Part shown: positions 1-13,921 of the stretch, piece by piece
How positions within the stretch are numbered: position 1 is the stretch's first letter
Layout of the letters: each line of letters begins with the position of its first letter
Made by a program: the position numbers and the translations under genes
The notes under the pieces: generated by a model
The model's input: only the letters and a program-made list of their open reading frames with translations
Database searches by the model: none
What the model was told of the DNA's origin: nothing
Assembly (NCBI GenBank): GCA_036172245.1
Contig: JAYWIR010000037.1
Location: forward strand, 372,001 to 436,000
DNA from: Raillietiella orientalis
Lineage: Eukaryota
Reading direction: 5' to 3'
DNA length: 64,000 nt

Positions 1-3000
1 GTTATCAGTACCCTTTTCTATGAGCGCAGTTGTATCGTCTTGCAGAAAATGCATGTAATTGCCAAAAGAGTCAACATAAGTCTGCACATCAGGAATAGTT
101 ATGTGTTCCGTGTTTACAACAGGATTCTTACGTATCATCAAACCTTTCCATTTGACGGGAACTTCAGTCTGAAAATCCAAAATCACTTATGCATCATTGC
201 AACCATTTAAGTGATCAGTGGCAATACATGTCTGTATAATGTACAAAGCATTAAAATCATTATTGCGTGAGCGCATGTAAATCTAAATTGCCCCCATATA
301 ACTTGCAAAATAGCACTGATAATGCGGCCATGCTATGAGTTGTGTGCATAGTTTGATTGACCTCTTGGAAGGAAGGCAAATAAAGCAAGTCAACATGAGC
401 ACACAATTTGTTGCTAAGTCCAGATTCTGAGGCAATTTGTGAAGTTTACAAAAAAAAAAAAAAATTGTCCTCCAAATCCCAAAGCCTATAGTGGACTGCA
501 TTTTCGAATTTAAAAGTGTGAAAGCTTAGTGAGTACTGTATTCGTCAATAATCCGTTTGTACCAGATGCAAAAGAATGTACGTGATGCGTGTGTACGGTG
601 GGGTATTCAAATGAGCTTATTGCAATTTGTGTTCCTTCAGAAGGAGAAATAGGATGCCGAGGAGGCGAACACTTGAGCACGCGTGTCAAAAAAAAAACAC
701 AAATGTGATGCAACACTTAAAACACGCTGATCACCAGGACCTTTTTGCCAAACCCAACGGGACGATATCCGCGTGTCCGTGTAAAGTGGAACGGTGGAGC
801 GAGCGAATTTTCGGCAGTGCTGTCGCAATACCACGCACAGGTTCAGGGAAACACGGATCCCGGGAAGCTCAGTTGGGCATTCGCGGGCCATTTGGTAGTA
901 ACGAGATGGGATATCTTTCACTGCGTACATGCAAATGTAGAAAACTTGTAGAGCACCCCAACTTTTTTCTCTCGGCTAACGCGCCAAGAATGTGGCGCCC
1001 CCCCCCCCCCCTCACACACACACACCATAGAATGTGAACGGGCAGTTCGTCCCACTGCTGCTGCCACAAGTAGATAGGAAACAGAATCGTAGATTGGCAC
1101 TTCCGTAACGTAAGAACGTTCACCGAAGCATTCCCAGCAGAGTCGTATCGACATGCAGTGATTGTACGTCGAATGACGTGATTTTGCAAAATGTCCTTAA
1201 GAGAATGTCCCGCCCTCGTCATGCAGAAAAGTGGGGATCGCTGAGAGACGCGGTTGCGCGTGCGCGCGCATTGACATCGGCTTTTCAGAAGGCTTTCCCC
1301 CCACCCCCCCCCACAAAATACGTAACGACTTATTATTTTTGCAGAAAATTCTCCGACTGATTTTCACGCGGGACGAATTGCTTCCAGTTGCACGTTTAAG
1401 TGATTTAGCAATTTTTTTGAGGCCAAGATCAAGTATGGTGTTCATTCTTTACGAACAGAAGGCCAAAGGCCTTAAGAATTTTCGGTTTCCTAAATTGTAT
1501 GATTTCAGAATTTAGGAATGTGCTGCCAAAAAGTTCCACGCGGGCATTTTGAACATTTGCCTCAAAATAGATTGCTAAATAACCTGAGTAGGAAGAAGTC
1601 GATTAAGGGGGGGGGGGGGGGAGGATGCGGATGTTTGGTGTTCCCGTTTTCTTTTTATAAGCATGCAATGAGCACATTCGCGAACTGCAAACGCAAGCAG
1701 GTCAGTCGTCCTCTTTGCATCTGATTCAAGCATATTGCATTTTGAGCGCAGATTCATTTAAAGAAACACGTCATTCTCTACGGCTATATTCCTAAATTAC
1801 ATTGCCATCACCTCAATCGATTCTTCTCTTTCCTGGGAATCCGTCTCACCACCTGTGGAGGTTTCCAACGCTTCGTGTAATCCGATTTGTTCTACATGAC
1901 TGGGGAAAACGTAACGACCAGGTCCAGATGGCTTTAAAAACAACCAAACCACATAATTAGTGTTAAAAAGTGCATTTCTTTGTTCAATATAAAACCTTGA
2001 ATAGCGTATTCAGAATTCATATCAGAAAGAAATTCTTTTCGATCTCAACTGTACAGGAACGAGTTTGTGGAAAAATTTCACAGGTTCATAATTAAAAGTA
2101 CTACGTTAACACGACATCTTTTATATATATATATATATATATATTTCCGACCAAGAGTTCATATTAGGATGAATTAAGTGTGAAGACGACGGAAGGTGCA
2201 TTGCGATGGAACGCATTCCAAAAACCTAATGCTGCCGAAAACTTTTATTATGCCGGCCTTACAGGAAAACATCGAAATTTTTGATTGAAGTGTCACCCCC
2301 AAATGTTTCAACAGATTTAAATGTCTTATTTAAGTACATTATGGCGCTGATCGAATAACGTGCTGTAAGCGAAACGCTGTCTCGTTGCATGGAACACACT
2401 CTTCGACGAAACGGAACACGTCGCGCACTGGGAGAACTCATGTGAAAACACATATCATGCACACGAGAGCTGTGAAGCAACGGTGAGCTCAAACACCGTG
2501 TCGGTCACTTGTATCCGTTTCTCTTCACACCGTTTTCTACCTGTGGTGTGTGATGCATGGGTTAAGAAATGCTGCGATCGGAAAATGCAGATGAATTTCG
2601 AGTCGGAATCTGTAAATACATCGGCCTAATCTACTTGTTGGCTATCGTTCTTTTCACCTTCCCAGGGGACTGGCTTCCTCAGAAGCTTCAGTTTTACTTG
2701 TTGCTTCTGGAAATAGCTCACTTTTGCGAACGGAAGAGCCAGCACAGTTGCCTGGCCATTTTCGATCTGGCTTATCGTTCCGAGATGTCCATTTTGCAGT
2801 TCAGGGCAGTGATGCCATCCAAACCTTGTGCACTGCTGCCTCAGAGCTGTGATGGTTGAAGGGTCTCTCTGTACAGCAGAATATGAAGTGGTTGGCAGCC
2901 GCGGACTCACTCCGCTCGATAAAGACATCTTCTTCAAGCCCTTTTTTCAAGCCTTTTCTTCCCTGGCTGTGTTGTGCTTCTGCTGTCGTTCAGAATCGGA

Positions 3001-6000
3001 GTTTCGGAATTCCTTGCACGCTCCATATTCACATTCGCCATGCCCAATCTTCTGAAACAGAATCAAGCACCCATGCTGATTCGCGTGTCTTCACAAGGTG
3101 GTGTGTCTCACTTGGGATGTTTTCCTTTTCTTTTTCGATGTGTTCTTTGCTTTCAATGCTGTTAGCACTTTCATTTCTGGCTGCTGCCGTTAGTAAAAGT
3201 CTTAGGACCTTCCAAGAGACACGATCCTAATCGGTGTCACGAATTTGGGACAGTATGCAAATATGCTGTTGTCGAGGTTGATAGAATGCTAACCGAAAGA
3301 TGGTAGCATGCATCAGGACAACCCAAGACTTTGTACACGTCCTTCTAAAACCAAAGATGAGTAAACCGCCTGCATCAAGGATCAAATTGTCACAAGCTAA
3401 AGGAATTGCTAAAAGTACGCTGTTTGGAAAACCCAGGACACATTGAATTCGTGAGTGCATGTGATATGAAGCGAAACCAAGACTTTTTATGAAACGAAAG
3501 TGTGCCAAAATTTTCCATAGAATACGGAAGATGTGACTGCCACAAGCTTTTCTAAATTTCACGGTGGATCGGAGATGGGCAAATACAGGATAGTATCAGA
3601 TTTCACATTTCATAACTTCAACACCCTTTTGCTCCTCCTTTCCACTTCAGGAATATTTTCTCGTATATCTATGTGGAACCAAATAGCATGAACTTAGTTC
3701 TTTGCGAAGTCTCTTAGATTCGGAAATAAGGACTTGCGCAGTAATTAGGAATGCTCTTCACCTGGATAAGCTTCCGTTTCAGTGGATGATCATTTCTTAA
3801 AGTAGTTTGTCTTCACCTCGAGACTGGAAGGGTCTTTTCGATGTCATGCCAAAAAAATGTGAAACAGCAAGCCGGTATTCGAAATACACTCACAGATCAG
3901 AGTATTCACTTTGTCTGAGGGGGATGTTCAGTGGATGTTCTCTTCCTTTTCTATCCGTGAACATATGCGCTCGCCCTTCCCGTAGGTCCTCCACCATATG
4001 ATGGAACACCACAAAGGTAACAGACAGTTATTCGTCATTTTGGGAATACCAAAGAGGAGTGGAATTTTCTCCCGGTAGCAAGCTTTGCAAACCCCGAAAA
4101 CTCCTGGTTTACGTTGCACTCCAAACAACTGCAAACAACGGCCGCCATGGTTCCGACTTTTTGTCGGTCGAAATCGGACACAACTAGATGCTTACTCCGT
4201 AGTTTGAGATTCGCTCCGCAAATATATTTCCGAGTCGTTACTCCTCATGCTTCAGACTTCCTCAGACCTCATCCACATGAGATATTCCGTCCACTGTGAG
4301 AGTATCTCGCCCATCCTTGCTCTGGAGACATCAGTAATCACCCGCGTGCATTCTCGGATTGCCTTTCTGTTCCCTCTTCAGATTGCTTTGCGATCGTAAA
4401 GTTTTCTAATGAGCTGATTCCGGCTTGCGCGACCACTTACCGATTTCCTTGTGGGAACACCAAAAATGCCTCTTCTGTCTGTCCGAAGAAAATTCCAGAT
4501 CCTCATTTACTGCGGAGGATTATTTTTTTCCTTTTCTCGGTTTCCGACGTGCATCTCATTTACGCTGTGCTTTGCTTCGGAAGCATCGATTTCGTCCGCG
4601 ATCTCCGTCTTTTCACGAACCGTAAAACACACCCTCTCACCCGTCCTGAGTCACTTGGCCGGACTTGCAAGAAAAGTCTCGCCTACCTGCCTCTGGACTT
4701 TTTTCCAAGACTTTGCTTGCCACACGTGAGTGTGACCGAGTCACGAGTGTTTCCAGTTACGGATGTCGTAAGTCCCGGTCTTAAGTGTCTCGAGTTATGG
4801 ATGATGATCTTACAGTCTGCATTGCAGCAAAGCAGATTACTTATTCCTACATTTCCAAACTAAGATGAAAAATTTTGGAACGGGGAAAACACCCTGGATG
4901 CGTACATCCAGGATACTTCCTATGCAACAACGGGAAAAAAGATGGGGAGGGGGAAATAAGAAGGATGTGCCAGGGTGTAACACAAACGTTGACGGTTGTG
5001 AGTTCGTAGGGCACTTCCCTCTAAAATTTCGAATTCGAGAGATGGACATTGAAAGCTGCTTGCTGCTACATACTCCCTAAAGTTCCCATAAGACCAGCGC
5101 GGGGCCTGGATACTACAGCACTCTGACGAATCTCTCAGCGTGATGCAGCCATCAATTCTTCACTTTGATCTTAGCCAAAAAAACGGGCCGAGAAACTGAC
5201 GAATACGTCAGAATGGCGCAAACTGGATCAAGCACTACAAATTTGAACTGGTCAGTGAAATGTCAGAGTTCATCAGCGCTATCACGATTATTGAGTGCAC
5301 GAGTTGTAGCTGTATGGAATTGTTTGGTGTTTCAATAAAATTAGAAATGTTTGTTTGCGAAACGAATGTTCATGTGTTCTCTCTGATTCAGTGACAGCTA
5401 CTAGAGAGGAAGGAAGCGTTCAAAATGCATGCATCACTTACAAAATCGTTCTTCCAGTTTCCACAATAAATGCAGGAAGAGAGGAACAGGATTCCAGGAC
5501 CCTCGCGCTTGCCATCCATCCAATACCCCTTGTGTGTGAATGTGGAGGAGACGTATGTTCCTTTTCCGTGCTTGACGTTAGCGATCCACTGTCCTTTATA
5601 AACATCGCCATTACGATAACGATATATGCCGAGTCCCTCGCGGTTCCCGTTTCTCCAGTCACCTAGGATACTGGCATCAGCACACAAAGGTGTAAATCGC
5701 CATGGATTTGAGGAGTTAGCCGTGTGTCAGCTGGTGAAACGGGCTGCCACGGTGGCTGGCAGCAGGGATTCTCTAAGAAAAGGACACATCCGTTGGAATG
5801 TGTGCCTCAAGTCATCTGTGGTCATTCAGGAAACGGCACTTCACTCCTTCGTGTGAAACGCGTTCATCTACGGAACTTTTTGGACATGCCGGACCTGTTA
5901 GCAAAAAATACAAGAACCCTGTCACGGGCTTATCTTTCTTATTAATTAAATCGTTCCTGTTCCTGGAAAGGGATTCCGAATTCGCTCGAAGTTTACGTCT

Positions 6001-8796
6001 CTTGTCATGGGTGAGGGTCATTACGATTGCAATTACTCATTCATTATGAGTTCCCGCTCAACACTTTCCTCTCGCCGTGCATCGTTAGTGCATTGCAAGC
6101 TTACTGTATCCGCATTGAACCACTTTTCATTCTCATAAATCTCGTGGCTCGACTGGGAAACTGAGCTTACGTGCGAAAATGCTTCCATGACCACTTCACT
6201 TGACATGATATGAAGATGGCTTCTTGAGGTTTGGATTTAAGAAAGGTTGCTTCAGCGTTCGGTGCCTTTACAGCAAAACCCCATTCTTGACGGCGCGCGA
6301 CCTTTGCCCCGCAGCTTTCGAGTACATGCATGCGGATCGGTCTTCATCGGAACGCATGCCTTCCGAGTAGCCTGCATTACTACAAGTGTGTGAAAAAAGG
6401 GACATCCGCAAGTTGTACACCCAAACACCATGACCGTAGCCTTTACACAGACTTGGGGGGACACGCTGTTGTGTACGTGCACGAGAAAAAGTCACGGCAT
6501 CCGGGAGGAAAACGATGGAAAGTGGCCGTTTGGAATGGTTGCAAGCGGGAGTGAGAAGGCATCTATGCACATGGACTTGTGCTGAAAGGAGCAGGGGGTA
6601 CAATGCAACTTCTGCAGGCATGCGATCGATGCATCTGAGCTTCTCCTCGTGTTTTATGAAATCGAATCAGAAAACTTATCCTTCAGAAGGAGAGATTTTG
6701 CTCACATTTTCCTACAGACGCCTGGCAAGAATCTTTCCTTTGGAACCTTCGGATTGACAAGTTTTCACGCAGCCTGAGAAGTCCAAAATTATCGCTCCGA
6801 ATTGGGTTTGGAGATTCAGAAGAATAAGATTTCGAACGGAGTGTTTCACAGTTCTCCGATGGACGCTTTCTCATTAGACTTATTCCGTGCTTCTTACGGT
6901 TTTTCGCTGCTGGCTATCCAAAACTGCTCTTCAGGCAAGCTGCTCTGCTTCGTCCAATCTTGCATACAGTCTTTCATCCAAAGGGCTTGCCAATCCTGAG
7001 AACTTATTTCCTTTATCCTGGATGGATACTTCGTTTCTTAAAATCCCATTACTGGGATTCATTGTAGTTTCATCATTCCTTGCTTTTCCAGTACTCAATG
7101 TTCTACATGACCCATTTCATGGCCCACACACGAGGCCTATGATTTCCAAAGTGCTTCTTCATTTAATGCACACTTTGCTGTCTGACGGTGACCATGATGC
7201 ACGCGTTCTCCTACTCCCTTTCCTCCATTACAATGATGAGGTGCTTGGATCAGTGGGGGGGGTTCCATTCTTTAAGAAGAAAAAGTTGTAGGAATTGCAA
7301 TTAAGGATCGGCATTCAGTTGTGTCCAACAAAAATGAGGAAAAAAAGAAAAGAAAAACTGTTGTATTGAAAGAGTTACATTCGCTAAAGTTCAAAACTGG
7401 GCCGAACATCAAAGGTTGAGTTTTTCACCACTTTCCTCAGACCAAAAAATCTGTCGTGAGGTCCTTGAATTTTTCCTACTACTTCCTGACTGCTTTCCTC
7501 CTTCTAAAGCCATTTCACTGTACCTGCTATGTCGCTGCTCCTTTTCTTGGTAAGGTGGGGGCTTTTGATGAGGGGAAACTTTCCTTCGTGAGTACTTGTA
7601 AGTGAGTGTCAACTATGAAATTGCACTTTCTGATCCTTACGGTCTTTAACAGCCAGAAACTGACGAGAGTATCGAGTCCTGGAGTACCTTCCGTACTTCG
7701 CATTTTTTCCTCCTTCTTTTGATACCCCGTCTAACACCTTGAAATTTCATACCAGCAGCTATGAGACACTCGGAACACAATCTTATACCGATGCATTTGA
7801 AGTTGTGATGAAAGTCACCACTGATTTCGTTTCACCACCCCGAAAAGAGCAACTCAACGAGGAGGTTTTTTTTTTTGAACCCTCCCCTCCCCGTCTTTCC
7901 TTTCGGTCAGCATTTGAGTGGATGTCTTCTGTTTCTCGATAATGAAATCACGAAACGGAGTCCTGGTCGATTGAAGTTGCTGCTTCCAGATCTCGCTTTG
8001 TGTATGCTGTGTTGCAATGAAAGACAATCCTAGATTTGTCGCTCGTTGAAAGTGACACCCGAGTACCGTCATTTCAACCATCACGTCAAGGATTAGAAAG
8101 ACATAAGAAAGACCTGTGCACTGAGAACAAGGTTACTCTCCTTTACTTGGTCTGGAATGCAATTTGACTGCTGTAAATGCATTCAGTGTCTGTATGCATT
8201 CAGAGAAGAGGCAAAAGTCCCCCCCCCCCCACCGCCATCAGAGAGAGAGAGAGAAAGAAAGGATAACGAAGCAGAGTGATGAATCCAAGATTCGGGATTT
8301 GCAATTCGAAAGCTGAGTGCCAAAAACACACATGCAGACAAGTCATAGCTTTCGAGTGAGGGAAAGAATAGAAAAAGGATTCAGTGCTTGGTAATTCGTT
8401 ATGCCTTGAGCACCAGATTTCTCACCATCACTTGATTTCCATCTTACTAAATTGTGCATCATCGCTAGATATCATATTGCATATATATGAAGACTTGGGC
8501 TCCAGATATTTTTGATTCCCACAGAGATTAGATTAGAACACTTTTAATGCACCGTAAGCACTAAAAAGGTAACCTTTGTAGCTTGTGCCATCAGGGTACA
8601 CCATTTCTCCTGGTCCATGCTTTGTTCCATCAGTCCATATTCCTTTATACTGAGCCTTCGATTTCATGTATCTATAAACTCCATATCCGTTTCTTTTATT
8701 ACTTTTATACCAGCCCTCGAAAATATCTCCATTAGGTAAGATTGCTCTTCCTTTCCCATGTCTTTGTCCGAGTTCATTTCTTTCTCCTTCATAAAT
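1..8796 (-). CDS. RSPH1: Radial spoke head protein 1 homolog (MORN-repeat protein), partial: first exon not located, 3' end runs off the window
   Basis: Phase-consistent GT-AG exons 8796-8574 ([30 protein letters not shown]...YPDGTSYK), 5662-5442 ([26 protein letters not shown]...GNWKNDF), 1931-1812 ([17 protein letters not shown]...EESIE) and 168-1 ([16 protein letters not shown]...). Tandem MORN repeats followed by PxGPGxYVF, an acidic stretch and VPxKWK match the remembered RSPH1 layout. Confidence 0.88.
700..1222 (-). mobile_element. Decayed Tc1/mariner transposase fragment in an RSPH1 intron
   Basis: Frameshifted minus-strand peptides [30 protein letters not shown] and [13 protein letters not shown] resemble, in order, the VNxxxY...LLP, FQQDGAPAH and WPxNSPDLNP motifs. 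Confidence 0.45.
2120..2144. repeat. (TA)n microsatellite
   Basis: Run of tatatata... read directly. Confidence 0.9.
3650..4480 (-). mobile_element. Highly decayed Tc1-like transposase remnant
   Basis: Ordered weak motifs [18 protein letters not shown] (GRPR/HTH-like), ISTDKK (FSDESK-like) and YGGG (KHGGGS-like), with many stops and frameshifts. Confidence 0.3.
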
Positions 8797-8954
8797 CTTA
8801 AATATAATTAGCAGAAAATTAACCCTCACTTTGTAAGTATCACTTTATTCAGTGAAGCAGCATACACACACGCACGCACACACAAAGAGGCAGAGGCAGA
8901 TGGACCAAAAATGAACATAACGGGAAAATCAATTCATTTTTTTTTTTTTTTTTT

Positions 8955-9560
8955 TATCGGTGATGCCACCACATTCTGCCAAACTCCTCCATCGCACGTT
9001 ATGTTCCAGGTCATCCTTCGCAGAGATGCCTAACGGCGCTACAAAGTCTACTTTGCGGGTTTCAGAGTAAAGGGGAAATTCGGGCACGGGCATTTAGCAG
9101 GAAGAGCGAAGTGGCAAGAACTCCTCTGCGTAGAAAAGAGTACAGTCAAAGATGACACCCACACGTTTCCAGCACCTTTTTATCTGGTGAGCTCGTTTGG
9201 TCAGGTCTTGCCGACGTGGTGGAAGGTGTGAGGAAAGCCATGCGACACAGCGTCCAGGGATTTCCTCAAGAAGGTTTGCAGGCAGCGAAACCTTTTCGAA
9301 TGGCACGGGATCCGATGGTCGGTGTGTTCCCATAAAAGAGCGGATGCGTGCGTGTCAAGAAGCAAATGCCCGGTTGAATATGGAAAAGGTGAAGATTCGC
9401 TGCGAGCAGACACTTCCTTACGTCGAAAATCGTTACGCTTCCCTTGGAATTCCAGGAGGTTCCCTCTCGCAAGTAGGAAACCTCCCGCTTGCAATGTGTT
9501 CGTTGGAGTGTGCGTGTAACCTTCAGGAATCATCGTGCACATTCGGACGCAGATAGAGAA
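8955..9560 (-). mobile_element. Decayed PIF/Harbinger (ISL2EU-like, DDE_Tnp_4) transposase remnant
   Basis: Ordered motifs VAWLS...RVGVIFDCTLFYAE (WP...IIDCTExxIE-like), YSETRK..LGIS (YSxYK..LxGISPxG-like) and CGGITDK (GGRxSD-like). Confidence 0.55.
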
Positions 9561-12500
9561 AAATGCTCCGTGTATGAAGAAGCTGTATGTGATTTCTAAT
9601 TCTGTAATTCCATGAAGTCATTTGATCGCGATTTGAGATACGAGTGAAAACTTTATTCATTGCGCCTCCCCCCCCCCAAAAAAAAAAAAATAAAAATAAA
9701 AATAAAAATAAAATAAAAATAATAATAAACAAAAAAACTGGGGAATGAGAATTGTTACATCTGGTTCGAATCTCTTGTGGTTTTTTGGGGGGGAAAACCA
9801 CGGGTACAACCAAACGTTCTCATAATTTCTTAACTTCATTCCTATTATTTCCGAGAACAATTACACACACTGGCACGATTCGTTGATTTATTCGTTGCAA
9901 GGCGGGATAGTTCGACGGATCAATATTTTTAGGGAATACCAAAATATAAATCAAATAGACACATAAAAGTTTTTGGATGCCCACACAATAGCGGTCAACG
10001 TCTAAAGATTCAGAGTTCTGCATCCTACATGTAGTGCACCCGAATGCGTGATTTGCTACGTGTATTATATTACATGTATGTGCAAACACGTAATTTGCTA
10101 CGTATATTATTTCGATTTCATTTCCGTTTTCACTCGGCTCCTACCCGTAAATACGAATCGGTTACGGAGTTCCTTTAGAATAATCGTAAAGGCGTAGTGA
10201 CATACTCTGTGTTTATTGCTTCTTAGTATATACACTGTGTGTAATGTATCTCTTTTGACATCGAGTCTGCATGTCATCCCAAAGGCAAGAACGCACGGGC
10301 ACAAAGTAACATGTCTTATGGTTCTTTTGTTCCTGTTGAAAGACCCTCTCCATTAGAGTGGCTGACTGCTACGTACTCGGAAAATCAGTGCTCATACCTG
10401 TAATTGATGTGTACTGTTTTGGAAATACAACCAGAGAAAGATGTACTGGTACAAACATGAGTGTTCTTATTTTCACAGAAATTCTCCGTTGTGACTTGGA
10501 AACCCAGCAAGAGACGTGGTTGCTGGTTGCACGTGGAGCTAGGTCTCCAACTGTACTTTGATAGGAAAAGCAAACCTATTGAATCCACTAATAATCAGCT
10601 CATACGCATTAGGAAGGAAAAAAAAAAAAATTGCTTTAAATCGCACCTACAAGCAAATCATTCAGCTCTTAATTGTTGAGGTTTGCTTTTCGAGCATCTG
10701 TTTCATCTTTTGAGCTATAGGTAGAATTTGGTGTTAAGAATAAAAAAATTAATAACAGAGAAAACCTAAACCAGGATTTGCAAAAACATTACGTGAACTC
10801 GAATCAATTGGGATTTCGATTGTCAAAGATTGTCACAATTGAGTTATGCGAAAAATCAAAGAGCATTAGGATGTACACAGAATAATCAAATTTCGATGAA
10901 AAACAAGCTTAATACAGACCCCTAAATATGGTTTTCTATTGTATTCGTCTTCTAGCGACTCGCTGTCCATCAAAACTGTTACGGTAAGCTTACGATACAG
11001 ATCGCACCAGAGTAAAGCGGAAGATCAGCTGATAATTTTCGATGCAGAATATCCAAATGCAACACTACTAAATAGTAACGAGATGGCTTAATGGATATTG
11101 AGAGAGAAAAAAAAAAAAAAGATTGTATTGCTGGTACCATAAGGCAAAAGTAGCATGCTTTTCTTTGTTCGTTAGTGAACAAATCAAGCAAATGAATGCT
11201 GAATGATAAGACTTCTTTACCGGAAACGGATAAACTAATTTCAAAATGTATTCAACTTTTTCTTTGTTGGAGTCTCCTAAGCATCTGATTATTTTTTATT
11301 GGATCGAACGAGCAAGATGTACATAAGCTATAGAACTACGGGTTCTTGCTATCATATTTTAAAAATCCGAAAATCAATTCAGAAATTCAGCTATATACGG
11401 GTGATTTCGGAAGCATTCAAATAATCTAAGGTAAAAAATTATAAATCCAATGTATTGTAATCATGTTCTCTTCAACAGTATATGAGCAGATTCGAATATG
11501 AGCAGAATAGCAGTCTGAATCATGAGATAATCATACTCAAAACGCCGATTAGTAATGCAAGAAATGATTTTTCTTCCTCATAAATGGGATCAAAGCATAT
11601 AATTTCAATTTATTTCCGGTGCGATGATGGGAAGATAAATTAAAACTTTTATTCTCTTCAGGATATCAGGAAAAATTAGAACCCCATTTAGGCACAAAAT
11701 TTCTTTCTCAGCATTATTTTTAAGAACCGACATGTGGGGTAAACATATGGTATTTTGAAAATATCCAAGAAGCGTCACTGTCCGTTTCTAGTTTCAAATG
11801 TGGATATATTCTTCATGCTAACACATTATAGAATAAGTCCTTATCCATCTTTCAAATACCACAACGGATCTTATAATTTCGAGAGCCTTTCGTCAGCAAA
11901 GAAATTTTGAAAGCTTGCTCTTTGTGGTTATCATATTCGGAACCAACGGTTTCCTTTAGGACTGTTATTCATTTGTCTAGCCACAGCTCTTACAGAGTTC
12001 TGGAGATTACCAAGTAAATTTACAATGTGTTCATTTTACAAATTCAGGCTTGATGAAGAAATAAAATGCTGATTATCATATAGAACCTATATTCCTATCC
12101 AGACAATAACATTTGGAAAAAGAGTAGCAGTTGTGAATGATTAATTGAATTTAAATTTCTCACAGCTACTTATTTAGAGAATCTGACATTTGAGATTGGT
12201 AAACTGACATTGAACAAAGACCGTAAAGTTAGGTACGAAACCATCTGTCCAAATTTCACGGCTAAAAATCACATGATACCGCTGTTGTCACGACGAGCAG
12301 CATCTTATCTTATAATGTCACTTCGTTACTCATAGTCATTATGTGCTTAAAGGTATAATGTCTCAGTGTGCACAACGTTAATACTTTAAATGCTGTTTTT
12401 CGATAAAAGTGATGTCTACGCACTTTGCTGTATATTTGTTCGTGAAAATCGTCATTGTTTTACACAACCTATCAGAGAATAAAATAAATGACAGAATACA

Positions 12501-13921
12501 TTTATGATCAAACTTTGTAGATGAAGTTGCCAACGGAAATTTTGTGTAGGGAACCATTTCTGATAATTATTTCTTCTGTCAGTTTGAGGAAAGGATTCCG
12601 TGTTGCTGAAAAAAGCAGTTTAGAATTGTTTGACTTAATTTATAGCATTCTTATTACCTAAGTGCTACAGAAAATAACTGGAAGTATAAAACTGAAGATT
12701 GTACTATAACCGTTGAGATTTTCGATGCGAAGAATTAAAAGAAAAAATTAAAACAGGATTCATCTGGGTTTTTTCGGAGTTCATGGGTATTAATATTTCA
12801 GTTGTAAATCATGTGCTTTCTTTCTTTAGTGCTTTTTTTGAAATCCATTATTAAACACTTATTTAATGTTTTTTAAAAATCCAATCAAAATACATTCGCC
12901 TGTGTTTTCGATTTGGAAGATATTTCTGCAAGCATATATATGGAGGCTTATGATATAGTTTCCTTTTTTTTTTTCTTTTTTTTTTCACATTTTCTGAATT
13001 TATTCTATATTTTGAATGGCATTCAACAAAACTCTTTCGTGTAGCATTTATCAGCATTTTATTAAGAAATGATTAAGGAGTTATTTGTTATGCTTTTATT
13101 CAATTTCTAAAGAGCTGTATTTGTTTTTGGATAAATTGCAATATTACTTTGTAGAATAAGGGCGTGTTCGTGTTATTTGCACTGCGATTACATGTATAGC
13201 ATAAGGAAGCTATGTTAAGTGTTCCTGCGTTCAGTCTTTGTAGGGTTTAAGGTAGATTAAATTCTCTTTTTATTTTTGAAATGCTAGTGATGCGATTCTA
13301 AGCATCCATCGGTGATTTCTTTTAGTTTTTACTTTCTGCTGTTTGTATGTAATTCATTTTGTGAGCTCTCCATTCGCCTACATGCGTAATTTTGCTTCTG
13401 GACATTTTGAAACTTCAACCTTCCGAGATTTTCCAGGAAACAACTAAAAGTGGTGTTCCCTCGAGCCATTATTTCACTTTAGTAATGCAGGAGACTAAGG
13501 TTTTGCTTCTGAACTAATGCAGTAAGGGGTTAAATTTGCTGTAATTTGTATGTTGATGCATGTGCGTTTTTAATTCTATTAATGAAATCGGTCAAATTAT
13601 TCTCATAATTTTGACAAATCTAGCACGATTGTCGTGCCCATGTCATACGATGTAGCATGAAGTCGTACATTTCATGTTATATCGTCAATTATACTTGCAA
13701 TAATTATGGGATAGTTGTGTTTGTATAATCGTCTCAAAAAAGTATTTTCGAAGCATTTTCATCTCAACAAGAATTTTAAGTATGCTAGCTCTCTTATAAT
13801 TGTTGTTTACTTTCAGAAAGAATTTGTGTTTTCGTACTAGTGTAAATGGAGATATTTCAATTTTTTTATTAAGTGTTTGGAATGTTGTAATGTTTTAAAA
13901 GAGGTGATGTAGCCAAAGAAT

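Noticed and set aside
6880..7260. Possible RTE-type LINE 3' end on the minus strand (GHVE…WMKDC)
   Set aside because: Similarity too weak to support without a search.
10990..12210. Candidate first exons of RSPH1 (MSDSLN at ~12190; a 35-nt segment at ~11000)
   Set aside because: No ATG-initiated, phase-compatible chain to exon 8796 could be built.
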